From NCBI GenBank assembly GCA_039679675.1, contig JBDKUN010000059.1, positions 1 to 64,000 of the forward strand: a stretch of DNA of 64,000 nucleotides, written 5' to 3'. This DNA comes from Armatimonadota bacterium. GTDB lineage: Bacteria; Armatimonadota; UBA5829; DTLH01. Each line of letters opens with the position of its first letter. Positions within the stretch are counted from its first letter, which is position 1. Positions 48,548 through 59,550 of this stretch are shown here, in pieces. The position numbers and the translations under genes are program-made. The notes under the pieces were generated by a model. The model worked only from the letters and a program-made list of their open reading frames with translations, was not told the origin of the DNA and did not search any database.

Positions 48548-49588
48548 TTGTCTTTGATGTTGGATGAGATCCGAAGCCAGCCGGAAGTAATTAAAGCCCT
48601 GGTATCTTCGGAGAGGGATAATATTAGGTCGCTTGCAAAAGAAATCAATGACCGAGGTGTAAACTTCAGCCTTATAGCTGCTCGTGGAACATCCGACAAT
48701 GCAGCTACCTATGCAAAATACATGCTGGGGATAATAGCCGGTATGCCTGTAGGACTGGCAGCACCGTCTATATTTACGCTTTACGGCGCGCATCCACGGC
48801 TCGATCACTCGCTGGTCATAGGTGTCTCCCAGTCCGGACAGGCTGCGGACGTAATAGAGTATTTGGAAAACTCAAAGAAGTGTGGAGCACTCACAGCTTG
48901 TGTTACTAATGAGGAAGACTCTCCGATAACAAAAACCGCCGATTTCACCATGCTCTGCCACGCAGGGCCGGAAAAAAGTGTTGCAGCAACGAAGACTTAT
49001 ACATCAACTCTAGCAGACTTTGCTATGCTCAGTTTCATGCTTGGGAAGAGAGATGATCTCCTGGCATCACTCGCCGGAATTGGAGACAAAATCGAACAGG
49101 TTATCAACTCCCTCGAAGATGTAATAGCCCGGCGCGCGGAGCGTTACCGTTATATGAACGAATGCTTCGTCCTGGCGAGAGGCATCAACTACGCAACGGC
49201 TTTCGAAGGTGCCCTGAAGCTTGCCGAAACCTGCTATGTTAACGCCGAGCGGTTCTCTTCGGCTGATTTCATGCACGGTCCGATTGCTATGATCAATGAG
49301 GATATTCCGTGCTTCCTTTATGCTCCGACAGGTGCGGCGTTCGATTCTATGATGGGCGCAGCGCGTAAGCTGAAGGAAAGAAATGCGGAGCTGATTGTCG
49401 TATCGGATAACGATGAGATCCTTTCGATGGCTACAACGCCGTTCAAGATACCGTTTACGGTTGAAGAGGAGCTGTCGCCGATTGTTTATATAGTGGTAGG
49501 ACAACTGTTTGCTCAGTACCTCGCGACTGCTAAAAAGCATGACCCGGACCATCCGCGAGGGCTGTCAAAAGTGACGATAACGAGGTAA
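48548..49588 (+). CDS. Double-SIS sugar-phosphate isomerase/deaminase (GlmS C-terminal-like, no glutaminase domain)
   Basis: ARGTSDNAA, SQSGQ, GPEKSVAATKTY, EGALKLAE, HGP and PRGLSKVT. Confidence 0.92.
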   Translation: MSLMLDEIRSQPEVIKALVSSERDNIRSLAKEINDRGVNFSLIAARGTSDNAATYAKYMLGIIAGMPVGLAAPSIFTLYGAHPRLDHSLVIGVSQSGQAADVIEYLENSKKCGALTACVTNEEDSPITKTADFTMLCHAGPEKSVAATKTYTSTLADFAMLSFMLGKRDDLLASLAGIGDKIEQVINSLEDVIARRAERYRYMNECFVLARGINYATAFEGALKLAETCYVNAERFSSADFMHGPIAMINEDIPCFLYAPTGAAFDSMMGAARKLKERNAELIVVSDNDEILSMATTPFKIPFTVEEELSPIVYIVVGQLFAQYLATAKKHDPDHPRGLSKVTITR

Positions 49589-49596
49589 ATTGAATC

Positions 49597-50721
49597 ATGA
49601 TAAATCAGGAAAGGCTGGTAAGCACGTTTCTGGACTTGGTGAAGATCGACAGCCTGTCCAAAAACGAGCGCAAAGTAGCTGATTACCTTCGTCCCAAGCT
49701 CGAAGCGTTGGGTTTTGAGGTTAAAGAAGACGATGCCGGATCGAAGATAAACGGGAATTCGGGCAACCTGATCGCTACGAAGATCGGAGGGCTCGAAAAA
49801 GGCCCAAGGCTGTTCTTCTCCGCTCATATGGACACAGTGGAGTCCAACGCAGGGTTCGAGCCGATAATCACCGATGGAGTTATCCATACCGACGGAAATA
49901 CGATACTGGGAGCCGACGACAAAGCTGGAATCGCTGCAATACTTGAGGCAGTTAACGCAGCAATCGAGGACAAGATCCCATTCCGCAGCCTGCAGGTTCT
50001 ATACTCAATTTCAGAGGAGATAGGCCTTTTCGGTGCGACGTATACAGACCCTGCCGATATCTTGCCTGATTCAATAGGTTATGTATTCGATACCGAGAAA
50101 CCGGTAGGCGGAATTGTTGTATCAGCCCCCTCGCATGCAACGGTCAATGTAAAAGTAAAAGGGAAGGCAGCCCATGCCGGAATCCATCCTGAAAATGGAA
50201 TCAGCGCGATAGTTGCAGCGAGCAAGGCTATTTCCAAGATGAAGCTTGGCAGGGTAGACCCGGAAACCACTGCGAACATCGGTATAATCGAGGGCGGGAA
50301 AGCAAGAAACATCGTTCCTGATGAGGTGTATGTCAAGGCTGAAGCACGAAGCCGGAATGAGGAGAAACTTGCTGTCCAGATAGATCATATGACAAAGGTA
50401 TTCGAAGACGCAGCGAGTGAGATGGGCGCAAACGCCGGAGTGGATGTACAGCGCGAGTATGTTACCTACCGCTGGAATGAAGAAGATGAACCGATCAAGC
50501 TTGCAAAGCGCGCAGCGGAAGTTCTTGGAATGAAACCTGAATATATTCAGGGTGGCGGCGGAAGCGATGCGAATATCTTCAATGCAAAGGGTATACCTGC
50601 AGTCGTCATAGGCTGCGGCTACGAAGGCGCTCACTCCAGGCAGGAAAAAGTGGCTATCGCCGATCTGAAAAAAGCAGCCGAATACGCACTGTCGCTGATC
50701 AAGGTTAGCGGCGAAAAGTAG
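49597..50721 (+). CDS. M20 peptidase T-like metallopeptidase (YqjE-like)
   Basis: AHMDTV, LGADDKAG, EEIG, GGGSDAN and C-terminal His. Confidence 0.92.
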   Translation: MINQERLVSTFLDLVKIDSLSKNERKVADYLRPKLEALGFEVKEDDAGSKINGNSGNLIATKIGGLEKGPRLFFSAHMDTVESNAGFEPIITDGVIHTDGNTILGADDKAGIAAILEAVNAAIEDKIPFRSLQVLYSISEEIGLFGATYTDPADILPDSIGYVFDTEKPVGGIVVSAPSHATVNVKVKGKAAHAGIHPENGISAIVAASKAISKMKLGRVDPETTANIGIIEGGKARNIVPDEVYVKAEARSRNEEKLAVQIDHMTKVFEDAASEMGANAGVDVQREYVTYRWNEEDEPIKLAKRAAEVLGMKPEYIQGGGGSDANIFNAKGIPAVVIGCGYEGAHSRQEKVAIADLKKAAEYALSLIKVSGEK

Positions 50722-50727
50722 CAGTTA

Positions 50728-50951
50728 ATCCCGAAAGCACGAAATAATAAAAAGGGAACATGTGACAGGGAACAGGGGATAGAATCACGTCACCCTGAAC
50801 TTGATTCAGGGTCCATTTTCTTCCTGGATGCCGAGTCAAGCTCGGAATGACGTTGTGGTAGTCCAAATGACATACCTTATGCTTCGGGATCGCTTTTCGC
50901 CCCGAAGCACGACATCCACTAATTCCTTTCTCCCTTTCGGGCTTTCGTGAT
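50728..50951. repeat. Nested palindromic intergenic elements
   Basis: Outer 17-bp inverted repeat (15/17) at 50728-50744 and 50935-50951. Inner GTCACCCTGAACTTGATTCAGGGTCC...GGATGCCGAGTCAAGCTCGGAATGAC at 50787-50853. Confidence 0.75.
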
Positions 50952-50981
50952 AAAAAACTTTTCGTAAGCGTAAAATATCTG

Positions 50982-52073
50982 ATGCTGAAACATAAATTTG
51001 GGACTATAACGGAAATACTGGCGGCACGGCCCGGTGCAGTCGAGGTCGAGGTTGAGATCGATGGTGAGAAGTCGAAAGCTATCGCCTATACCTCGCTCGT
51101 AACTTCACCTGAAGCCGGTGATCGCGTTGCACTCAATACCACGGCAGTCTCTCTCAGTCTCGGTACAGGCGGTCTGCACTTCATCATTGAAAACCTCTCA
51201 AGAGAAGACGAGGTATTAAACGATGGTCCTGGGCATATAATGAAGCTGCGTTATACACCAGAGCAGCACGCTGTCCTTTCAGTCGAAGAGGAAGACAGCC
51301 CCCATCGAGATCTGATAGATAGTTTCCAGTCGCTAAACAAAATGCCGGTCATCATAGGCCAGCTTCACAGCCAGGTAGCACCCGCAGCTGCCGCAATAAA
51401 GCGATTGACCCAACCGAAGGCAAAAATCGCTTATATCATGACCGATTCAGCTGCTCTTCCCATCGCATTCAGCAGGATTGTCAGCCAGATGAAGGATAAA
51501 GGGCTTTTGGACGTTACGATAACCGCAGGGCAGGCATTCGGCGGCGATATTGAGGCAGTAAACGTCTACAGCGCCTTAATTGCTGCAAAAGCTGCTGCGA
51601 ATGCTGATGTTGCAATAGTCTGCCAGGGCCCTGGAAACGTAGGTACAGGCACAAAATACGGATTTTCAGGAATAGAGCAGGGTGAGATAGTAAACGCAGC
51701 TGCCATCCTTGGCGGAACGCCGGTCGCAATCCCCAGAATCAGCTTTGCAGACCCCAGGCCACGACACAGAGGCATCAGCCATCATACAATAACATCACTT
51801 TCGGAAATTGCGCTTGCTCAAGCTATCGTTCCGCTTCCTATGATGGAAGAGATGAAACTTCTTACGGTCGAGGAGCAGGTTCGCCAAACATCCATTAACT
51901 ACAAGCATCGCATGCGGGTAATTGACGGTATGCCGGGTATTAGAGAATGCGCCGAACGGGGGATAAAACTCTCGACGATGGGCCGCGGGTTCAATGAAGA
52001 TCCGGAATTCTTCCTTGCGGCGGCTGCCGCCGGTGTTTTTGCGACGGAACTCCTCCGTTCGACAGGTATATAA
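50982..52073 (+). CDS. DUF3866 family protein
   Basis: LNTTAVxLxLGTGG, GHIMKLRYTPxQ, LHS, QAFGGD, GPGNVGTGT and RHRGISHH. Confidence 0.88.
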   Translation: MLKHKFGTITEILAARPGAVEVEVEIDGEKSKAIAYTSLVTSPEAGDRVALNTTAVSLSLGTGGLHFIIENLSREDEVLNDGPGHIMKLRYTPEQHAVLSVEEEDSPHRDLIDSFQSLNKMPVIIGQLHSQVAPAAAAIKRLTQPKAKIAYIMTDSAALPIAFSRIVSQMKDKGLLDVTITAGQAFGGDIEAVNVYSALIAAKAAANADVAIVCQGPGNVGTGTKYGFSGIEQGEIVNAAAILGGTPVAIPRISFADPRPRHRGISHHTITSLSEIALAQAIVPLPMMEEMKLLTVEEQVRQTSINYKHRMRVIDGMPGIRECAERGIKLSTMGRGFNEDPEFFLAAAAAGVFATELLRSTGI

Positions 52074-52186
52074 AACCAATTTGCAGATGCAATATCTTGA
52101 CAGCCATTTGCACTTGGTTTACTATTCCACTAAGAATTGTTGGGATTCTAAGCCAAGGAGATAGTGCATATCATAAGGAGAACATG

Positions 52187-52852
52187 ATGCAGAAAAACTC
52201 AAAAATATTCGTTTTATTATTGCTTGTGATAGCTATAATCGCGGTAGTCGCTGTAAAGAGTAAAAAAACGACTGAGAAATCGCAGATTGCAAAAGTTGAA
52301 GAGAAATCCGTTGAGCAAAAATCATCACTCAAAAAGGTAGGAGTCTCCGTAGAAGAGCCTGCAGCAAATCTCAAAAAGGAGACAACTGAAACTGCAAAGA
52401 CTACCGATGAAAAATTGCCTGCAGCGAAAGATAAAACATCTGCGACTTTAGCTAAACCAGTCCCGGCTAACCAAAAGAATGTAAAGCCGATAGATATTAA
52501 GCCATTGAATACTACAGCTAAACCTGCCAAGGCCAGTCCTTCCCAGAGTGGAAAGAATATTCGTCCCGTAAAATTGATTGAGCTTGGTGCGCCTGCTTGT
52601 GCTCCTTGTAAAAAGATGCTCCCGATCATGGATGAGCTGAAGCGCGATTATGCCGGTAAACTAGAGATAGTTCTCATCAATGTCCAGGAAGATGAGAAAG
52701 CGATAGATAAATACAATGTCAACACGATCCCGGCCCAGATATTTCTTGACTCAAAAGGACATGAGATCTTCCGCCATGAAGGTAAATATACCAAAGCCGA
52801 AATACTAAACGCCTTCAAATCACATGGAGTAAATCTGAAGAGTTCCAAATAA
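52187..52852 (+). CDS. Membrane-anchored thioredoxin-like protein with Lys/Thr/Pro-rich linker
   Basis: N-terminal TM, ELGAPACAPCKKM (CxxC), IP cis-Pro motif and FRHEG. AAGGAG RBS. Confidence 0.88.
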   Translation: MQKNSKIFVLLLLVIAIIAVVAVKSKKTTEKSQIAKVEEKSVEQKSSLKKVGVSVEEPAANLKKETTETAKTTDEKLPAAKDKTSATLAKPVPANQKNVKPIDIKPLNTTAKPAKASPSQSGKNIRPVKLIELGAPACAPCKKMLPIMDELKRDYAGKLEIVLINVQEDEKAIDKYNVNTIPAQIFLDSKGHEIFRHEGKYTKAEILNAFKSHGVNLKSSK

Positions 52853-52865
52853 GCTGTGAACTGTT

Positions 52866-53675
52866 CTAAAGAGCTTTGCTTGCAGGCATGAGAATCTGGT
52901 TCAATCTTTCGAATGCCTGCATCCAACTCCATCCCTCCGGCGGCATCGTTTCAAGCGTCATCGTGGCGTGCGTATTAAACCTTGCCCGAAGTTCTGCGAA
53001 AACCGGCCAGTCAATTGTGCCAAAACCTGGGAATTTGTGCTGGTCTGTCAGCCCATCGTTATCATGAAGGTGCATGGTAACAGTATAAGGTAACAGCTTT
53101 TTTGTCTGTTCCTTGAAACTGGGCGAAAGGTTGGCATGCCCGGTATCGAAACACACTCCAACTGAGTCTGAGTTTGCAGCTTCGACTAATCTGACTAATT
53201 CTTCTTCAGAGCAGCAGAGGTATCCGGGAGGCATATTCTCTACTGCGAGGACAACTCCTGATTCCTTTGCAATTACCGCCAGTTCCCGTATGACACCTGT
53301 TGATCTATCAAGCCGCCTGGCTCTGTCATCTAAAACGGTTCCGTTGCCGGGGTGGACTATAGTATATGAGGCTCCAAGAACGTGAGTGAACTCGATAGCT
53401 TCTATCAAAGATGCGACACCATGCTCGTGCACGTTGTCGTCGAACGATGAGAAATCAACATTACCGCCAAACGGGGCGTGGACGGAGTTTACACGGAGCC
53501 TTGCATTTTGCAGTTTACATAAAAGTTGGTCCATTTCAATCGGTCCAACCTCATCGAGAAAACAACTGCTTCCCATCCCCACCTCAATTGACGATACACC
53601 TTGCCCTTCATAGCTTGAAATAGTATCAAATAATTCTGAAATACTCTGGCGCATTGCAAAACCAACGAGTTTCAT
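52866..53675 (-). CDS. Sugar phosphate isomerase/epimerase (xylose isomerase-like TIM barrel)
   Basis: SVHAPF, VHPG, AVENM, CFDTGHAN and HLHDNDG..DQH..PG.GTIDW. Confidence 0.9.
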   Translation of the reverse strand: MKLVGFAMRQSISELFDTISSYEGQGVSSIEVGMGSSCFLDEVGPIEMDQLLCKLQNARLRVNSVHAPFGGNVDFSSFDDNVHEHGVASLIEAIEFTHVLGASYTIVHPGNGTVLDDRARRLDRSTGVIRELAVIAKESGVVLAVENMPPGYLCCSEEELVRLVEAANSDSVGVCFDTGHANLSPSFKEQTKKLLPYTVTMHLHDNDGLTDQHKFPGFGTIDWPVFAELRARFNTHATMTLETMPPEGWSWMQAFERLNQILMPASKAL

Positions 53676-53716
53676 TTAAATATCCTTGAGAAATTAGAAT
53701 ATATTAACTAACTCTT

Positions 53717-54193
53717 CTACCTATACCCGCCGTTTTCCTCCTGCGTATCTCTACGTACAAATGCTCCACCGAACACAATCCCGGCTGCGATGATCACCAG
53801 ATTTTTTACAACAAACTCACCATCTATGGTCAGAAGCAAAGGGTTGCCGTGTTGGAAAGCTGTTTCAGGACGGACTAGAAGGACAAGAAACGTTCCGGCG
53901 AGTTGCGCCCACATCAAAAGCAGCGTAAGGCGCATCCATAACTTGAGCAGAAGCAGAGTCCCTATCAGCACTTCCCACACACCCAGCACAGGCACAAAAA
54001 TATCCGGGGCAATCCAGTATACAGTGCGGGCAACAAGGTCGTTTACCGGGCTTTCACCAACCAGCTTGAGCACACCAAACCAGATAAATACTATGGAGAC
54101 CGATATACGCAGTATGTCAGTGCCCCAGCGCCGCATAAAACGCGTAAGCGTTATATCAATTTGATCATACACATTCAGCAGCCAATGAATCAT
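53717..54193 (-). CDS. DoxX/YkgB (DUF417)-like membrane protein
   Basis: LRISxxIVFIWFGxLK, GVWEVLIG and GEFVVKN. Start ATG 54193 inferred. Confidence 0.8.
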   Translation of the reverse strand: MIHWLLNVYDQIDITLTRFMRRWGTDILRISVSIVFIWFGVLKLVGESPVNDLVARTVYWIAPDIFVPVLGVWEVLIGTLLLLKLWMRLTLLLMWAQLAGTFLVLLVRPETAFQHGNPLLLTIDGEFVVKNLVIIAAGIVFGGAFVRRDTQEENGGYR

Positions 54194-54305
54194 ATCTATA
54201 AGGTTACCAGCTTTAAGTAGTACTAAACATGCTAAAAAATATCGGCAGCTATAATGCGTTCCATTGCTTGGCAATATGGCCTTGATCAAGTATCATGTAC
54301 TCACG

Positions 54306-56294
54306 ATGACGGAGTTCAGGATAAAATCAGAATTTGAGCCTACGGGAGACCAGCCGGAGGCTATAGATAAGCTGGTTGCGGGGATAAGCAGTGGCCACCG
54401 CTACCAGACGCTTGTTGGCGTCACAGGGTCGGGAAAAACCTTTACGATGGCCAATGTGATTGCGCGTGTACAGCGCCCGACTCTTGTCATTGCCCACAAC
54501 AAAACGCTTGCTGCGCAGCTTGCAGGTGAGTTCAGGGAGTTTTTCCCGGATAACGCCGTCGAATACTTCGTTTCATATTATGACTACTATCAGCCTGAAG
54601 CATATATCCCTCAGACGGATACATATATAGAGAAAGATTCAGCGATAAATGATGAGATAGACCGGCTTCGGCATGCTGCAACGCAGGCAGTGCTGGAGCG
54701 GCGTGATGTAATAGTGGTCGCGAGTGTTTCTTCCATCTATGGCTTGGGGTCACCGGAAGACTATGCTGCTACCGTGCTCGCAATAGAGCGCGGGAAGGCA
54801 TACAGCCGGGAGTCGATGCTCCGCCGGTTGATCGACATGCAGTTCAGCCGGAACGATATGGCGCTCTCGCGCGGGACATTCCGTGTGAAGGGCGACATCA
54901 TGGAGATTCAGCCCGTAGATGAGGAGATAATTACACGGGTAGAGTTCTTCGGCGATGAAGTAGAGAAGATTACCGTCATAGATCCGGTAACAGGAGAAGT
55001 GATAACAGGGAAGGACAGGGTAACGATCTTCCCCGCATCACACTTCATTACTCCATGGGACAAGATGGAGCGTGCGCTCAAAGATATCGAAGCCGAGCTT
55101 GCCGCACAGATAGAGTATTTCCAGAAGCAGGGAAAGCTCTTGGAAGCCCAGCGGATAGAGCAGCGGACAAATTACGACATGGAGATGATGCGCGAGGTCG
55201 GTTACTGCTCTGGAATTGAGAACTATTCTCGCATTCTGGACGACCGCGCGCCCGGTACACCGCCGCACACGCTGCTCGACTACTTCCCGGATGATTTTTT
55301 GCTGATGATCGACGAGTCTCACCAGACGATTCCGCAGCTTCATGGGATGTATAACGGCGACCGCTCGCGCAAGACCACACTTGTGGAGTTCGGATTCAGG
55401 CTGCCGAGCGCGCTCGACAACAGGCCGCTTAGGTTCGAGGAGTTCAAGGAGCGAATAAATCAGACCGTATTCGTCTCAGCAACGCCTGGGCCGTTCGAAA
55501 TGGAAAACAGCGGGCAGATGGTCGAGCAGTTGATCCGTCCGACCGGTTTGATCGACCCTGAGATAGAGGTCAGACCGACAAAAGGTCAGATAGACGATCT
55601 CATAGAGGAGATTCGGATCCGCGTAGAGAAGAACGAGCGAGTGCTTGTGACGACACTTACGAAACGGATGGCAGAAGACCTGTCGGAATATCTGCTCGAT
55701 CTTGAGATGAAGGTCCACTATCTGCACTCAGACATAAAAACGCTGGAACGGTTGGAAATACTGCGCGACCTGCGGCTCGGTGTATATGACATCGTGATCG
55801 GCATCAACTTGCTGCGTGAAGGACTGGACCTGCCGGAGGTCACACTCGTTGCTATTCTAGACGCAGATAAAGAGGGCTTTCTCAGGTCGGAGACGTCGCT
55901 CATCCAGACCATCGGACGCGCCGCGAGAAATGTTAACGGCAAAGTGCTGATGTACGCGGACAACATAACCGACTCCATGCGCCGCGCTATAGATGAGACG
56001 AACCGGCGCCGCAAAATACAGATGGACTACAACGAGGAGCACAACATCACTCCGCAGACGATCCAGAAGGCCGTTCGAGATGTAATTGAGTCTAAAACCG
56101 CCGCTGTGACGAAGGAATACTATGGCCTGTCCAGGCAGGATGTGAAGAACATCCCTTTGGACGAAGTAATGCTGATGCTTGCCAATCTGGAGCGCGAGAT
56201 GAAGCAGGCGGCAAAAGCGCTGGACTTCGAACACGCTGCTGAATGCCGCGACGAGATGACCCGTATCAAGAAACTGCTGCCGAACATGAAATGA
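54306..56294 (+). CDS. uvrB: Excinuclease ABC subunit B
   Basis: [44 protein letters not shown] and UVR tail. Confidence 0.99.
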   Translation: MTEFRIKSEFEPTGDQPEAIDKLVAGISSGHRYQTLVGVTGSGKTFTMANVIARVQRPTLVIAHNKTLAAQLAGEFREFFPDNAVEYFVSYYDYYQPEAYIPQTDTYIEKDSAINDEIDRLRHAATQAVLERRDVIVVASVSSIYGLGSPEDYAATVLAIERGKAYSRESMLRRLIDMQFSRNDMALSRGTFRVKGDIMEIQPVDEEIITRVEFFGDEVEKITVIDPVTGEVITGKDRVTIFPASHFITPWDKMERALKDIEAELAAQIEYFQKQGKLLEAQRIEQRTNYDMEMMREVGYCSGIENYSRILDDRAPGTPPHTLLDYFPDDFLLMIDESHQTIPQLHGMYNGDRSRKTTLVEFGFRLPSALDNRPLRFEEFKERINQTVFVSATPGPFEMENSGQMVEQLIRPTGLIDPEIEVRPTKGQIDDLIEEIRIRVEKNERVLVTTLTKRMAEDLSEYLLDLEMKVHYLHSDIKTLERLEILRDLRLGVYDIVIGINLLREGLDLPEVTLVAILDADKEGFLRSETSLIQTIGRAARNVNGKVLMYADNITDSMRRAIDETNRRRKIQMDYNEEHNITPQTIQKAVRDVIESKTAAVTKEYYGLSRQDVKNIPLDEVMLMLANLEREMKQAAKALDFEHAAECRDEMTRIKKLLPNMK

Positions 56295-56336
56295 TGAGAT
56301 ATCTATCAGCCATACACGATATTCCAACTGTTTCTT

Positions 56337-56366
56337 TGGAGTGCGGAAGCATTAGCTTCCGCTTTT
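56337..56366. repeat. REP-like palindrome TGGAGTGCGGAAGC-ATTA-GCTTCCGCTTTT (may double as uvrB terminator)
   Basis: 8-bp GC stem preceded by GGAGT and followed by a T-run. Confidence 0.55.
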
Positions 56367-56440
56367 CTATCGATATTTTCTTCTGAATTGGTAAATAAAC
56401 TAGACTTTAACGTTCAATTTATAATTCCGGGAGGATAACC

Positions 56441-56788
56441 ATGCAAGAGATAATAGCAGCCTGTGGTCTGGTGTGCAGTAAATGTGGGGCTTACATTGCG
56501 ACTAAAGCAAACGATGCCGAGGCCATAGAGAATGTCGCAAAAGAGTGGTCATCGCAGTTTGGGGCGGATATTAAGCCGGAGGTGGTGTGGTGCGACGGAT
56601 GCATGACCGATGGCAGCCGGAAGTGCGGGCATGTCGGTGAGTGTCAAATTCGCGCATGCGCAATCGAACGTGGATTAGTAAATTGTGCAGGTTGTGCAGA
56701 CTTCGGGTGCGGGAAGATCAGTGAACTTCTTAACGCAGCCCCAGAAGCATGTGAGACAATGGAGAAACTGCGGAATTCAAACAAATAG
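56441..56788 (+). CDS. DUF3795 Cys-rich protein
   Basis: CGLVCSKC, CDGC, CQIRAC and NCAGCADFGC. GGAGG RBS. Confidence 0.88.
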   Translation: MQEIIAACGLVCSKCGAYIATKANDAEAIENVAKEWSSQFGADIKPEVVWCDGCMTDGSRKCGHVGECQIRACAIERGLVNCAGCADFGCGKISELLNAAPEACETMEKLRNSNK

Positions 56789-56799
56789 TAAATTACTGA

Positions 56800-56823
56800 G
56801 GGGGATGCGTGTTACATCCCCCA
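56800..56823. terminator. Hairpin between convergent genes
   Basis: GGGGGATG...CATCCCCC. Confidence 0.6.
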
Positions 56824-56831
56824 ACATATTA

Positions 56832-58313
56832 CTATGCAGCTTCAGGTTTCTGTTTTTGATCGCCTTTTTTAGGCTCAGCCGCATTATTGGATTTTACGAT
56901 TTCCACAAAAAGATCGACCAGTTCAGGGTCGAATTGAGTCCCGGCGCAGCGTTTGATCTCTTCCAGCGCATCTTCCCTGGAAAGCGCATTGCGGTAAGTT
57001 CTGTCCGAGATCATGGCGTCATAGGCATCAGCCAGACCTATTATCCGGGCAATCAGCGGGATATTCTTTCCTGAAAGCCCGTTAGGGTATCCCAGCCCAT
57101 CGTATCTCTCATGATGATGCCTCACTGCAGGGACTATTGAACTCAATTGCTGGACCTTCTCAAGTATTTCTGAACCAATCTTGGGATGCTCCTCTATCAT
57201 CTGCCATTCGTCCATCTTTAGAGGACCCGGCTTATGAAGTATGGATTCAGGTGTACTGATCTTACCTATGTCATGAAGAAGAGCAGCGGCCTTAAGGTTC
57301 TCGATCTCCGTAGGAGATAACCCCAACTTATCGGCAAGTGCAAGCGAATAGCGAGTTACCGCGTCGGAATGACCCTTAGTGAACCGGTCTTTTGCGTCTA
57401 CTGCGGCTGACAGTGCTTCGATGGCATCCATGGGCTTGTCCACTAAAAGCGCCTTCACTGTATCGGATGTAGTGCGGTATGATTGCTTGAAAGACTCTTC
57501 ATAGATAAGAGCTTTGTTTTTACCTGTTCGCTTTGCGTAATATAACGCAGTATCGGCGTTAAGTATGATATTATGGCGAGTCTTGCCATGATCGGGATAC
57601 GCAGCGATACCTGCACTGACCGTAACTGAAGCCACGCCCGGGAATTTGAGCGACGCGTCACGCTCCAATACCCCTCTTATCCTGTCTGCGACAACCTTTG
57701 CTTCATCAGCTCCTGCCTCAGGAAGTATTACAACAAATTCTTCGCCGCCATATCGAGCAAGAATATCTATAGTACGTATGTTATCACGGCATATCTCGCC
57801 GAACCAACTTAGCAGCCGGTCGCCTTCCTGGTGGCCCCGGCGATCATTGAATGCCTTGAAATCATCGAGATCGAACATAGCAAGAGACAGACGCCTGCCG
57901 TAACGCTGCGCCCGCTCTATCTCCGCTGTTAACCTGTCCTGGAAATAGCGGTGATTATAACAGCTTGTCAGTCCATCAACATTCGCTTTCATTTCTGCCC
58001 GCTTGCGGAAGTAGACCTGGCGGTCGAACAGGTAGCCGGTAGTGACGGAAAGCCCTGTAATCCCGCAAACCCAGGCAATGAATGTAAATGGATGGCGCGG
58101 CAGGATCTGTTCGAGCTGCAGTAATAGACACGGCAGCGGTTTTTGCCCCATCGCAGCAGACTCTGCGGAATATCCCCACACACCAATCGCATAGCTCAAT
58201 ACCGCAAATAGCATTCCCGTGAAGTAGGATATAACCCTGAATGTCATTTTCGGACCATTGTCCATCCCTCGTTCCAAACTATAATCGCTGTTTCGTTTAA
58301 ATAAATCTGCCAA
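56832..58313 (-). CDS. Membrane GGDEF + HD-GYP c-di-GMP cyclase/phosphodiesterase
   Basis: Two TMs, DGLT, RxxD I-site, GGEEF, LLHDIGK and HHERYDGLGYP. Confidence 0.95.
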   Translation of the reverse strand: MADLFKRNSDYSLERGMDNGPKMTFRVISYFTGMLFAVLSYAIGVWGYSAESAAMGQKPLPCLLLQLEQILPRHPFTFIAWVCGITGLSVTTGYLFDRQVYFRKRAEMKANVDGLTSCYNHRYFQDRLTAEIERAQRYGRRLSLAMFDLDDFKAFNDRRGHQEGDRLLSWFGEICRDNIRTIDILARYGGEEFVVILPEAGADEAKVVADRIRGVLERDASLKFPGVASVTVSAGIAAYPDHGKTRHNIILNADTALYYAKRTGKNKALIYEESFKQSYRTTSDTVKALLVDKPMDAIEALSAAVDAKDRFTKGHSDAVTRYSLALADKLGLSPTEIENLKAAALLHDIGKISTPESILHKPGPLKMDEWQMIEEHPKIGSEILEKVQQLSSIVPAVRHHHERYDGLGYPNGLSGKNIPLIARIIGLADAYDAMISDRTYRNALSREDALEEIKRCAGTQFDPELVDLFVEIVKSNNAAEPKKGDQKQKPEAA

Positions 58314-58587
58314 AAGTACTAAACTCCATCTAAAATGTAGTTGTTTATGGTAGATCAGAGCGCTGAAATATTAATGGAGCCTGTGTCGTTTGTAAAAACC
58401 GGCCGCATGAGCATTCTTCTCCACAATCGTAATTATTGGCTGAATGGCTGCTCTCTGCAGGTTAAGTGAGCGATAAAGTAAACGCAAAATATCAGCATAA
58501 TAATACCGGCGCGGAACCATACACCCAGCCCGGCAGTCAAAAGAACAAGATTCTGCGATGGACATAATAAATACAAGGAGGCGAAAG

Positions 58588-59550
58588 ATGGATACCAGGA
58601 ATGCCCAGGGGATAAGCATAAAGATGCAGGCTATCCAGGAAAGAGTGAGTACCGTAATAGTCGGAAAAGACGATGTAGTCCAAATGGTTCTGGCTTCTCT
58701 TCTGGCTGGGGGACACGTACTCATAGAAGATGTCCCCGGTGTGGGCAAGACCACTCTTGCAAAGGCAGTAGCAAAGGCTATAGGCAGTTCTTTCAGCCGC
58801 ATACAGTTCACGCCGGACCTTCTTCCATCCGATGTGACCGGAACATCCATCTACAACCAGAAAACAGGGGAGTTCGACTTCCACCCGGGGCCGGTGTTTT
58901 CAAGCGTTGTCCTCGCGGATGAGATAAACAGGGCCACACCAAAGACCCAGTCAGCTCTGCTTGAGTGCATGGAGGAGCTTCAGATCACTGTAGACGGTAC
59001 GACAAGAGCGCTTCCGAGGCCGTTTCTGGTAATAGCAACCCAAAACAACATTGAGCATGGCAGCACCTACCCGCTTCCAGAAGCCCAGCTTGACAGGTTC
59101 CTTATCAGAGTCTCTATCGGCTATCCGGACAGACACAGCGAGATCGCAGTGCTTGACGGTCATTTAAAAGAGCATCCTATCAATGCGATTACCCCTGCAA
59201 TAACGCCGGATGAACTTGCGTCCCTGCAGGAAGAAGTAAAAGACATTTACATAGATGATTCTCTCAAGGACTACATAGTAGATATTGTCACAGCGACCCG
59301 TAGCCGCCGGGATGTTCTGGTCGGTGCAAGCCCTCGCGGTTCGCTCGCCTTGATGCGCATAACCCGCGCGCTTGCAGCCGTTTCAGGAAGAGATTTCGTA
59401 CTTCCTGATGACGTCAAAGCAGCCGCAGTCCCCACGCTTTCACACAGGCTGATAGTATCTCAGAACAGCTGGCGGTCTGATGCCGGAGACAATATAATCC
59501 GTGATATCTTATCCTCTATTCCAGTACCGGTGAGATATGGACGCGCGTGA
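58588..59550 (+). CDS. MoxR family AAA+ ATPase
   Basis: EDVPGVGKT, RIQFTPDLLPSD, DEINRA and YPLPEAQLDRF. Confidence 0.95.
   Translation: MDTRNAQGISIKMQAIQERVSTVIVGKDDVVQMVLASLLAGGHVLIEDVPGVGKTTLAKAVAKAIGSSFSRIQFTPDLLPSDVTGTSIYNQKTGEFDFHPGPVFSSVVLADEINRATPKTQSALLECMEELQITVDGTTRALPRPFLVIATQNNIEHGSTYPLPEAQLDRFLIRVSIGYPDRHSEIAVLDGHLKEHPINAITPAITPDELASLQEEVKDIYIDDSLKDYIVDIVTATRSRRDVLVGASPRGSLALMRITRALAAVSGRDFVLPDDVKAAAVPTLSHRLIVSQNSWRSDAGDNIIRDILSSIPVPVRYGRA

Noticed and set aside
48548..49588. Gene symbol glmS
   Set aside because: No N-terminal glutaminase (Cys1) domain. SIS domains only.
54270..54305. LexA box upstream of uvrB (AGTATCATGTACT)
   Set aside because: Spacing fits neither CGAAC-N4-GTTCG nor GTAC-N4-GTWC. 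No second instance seen.
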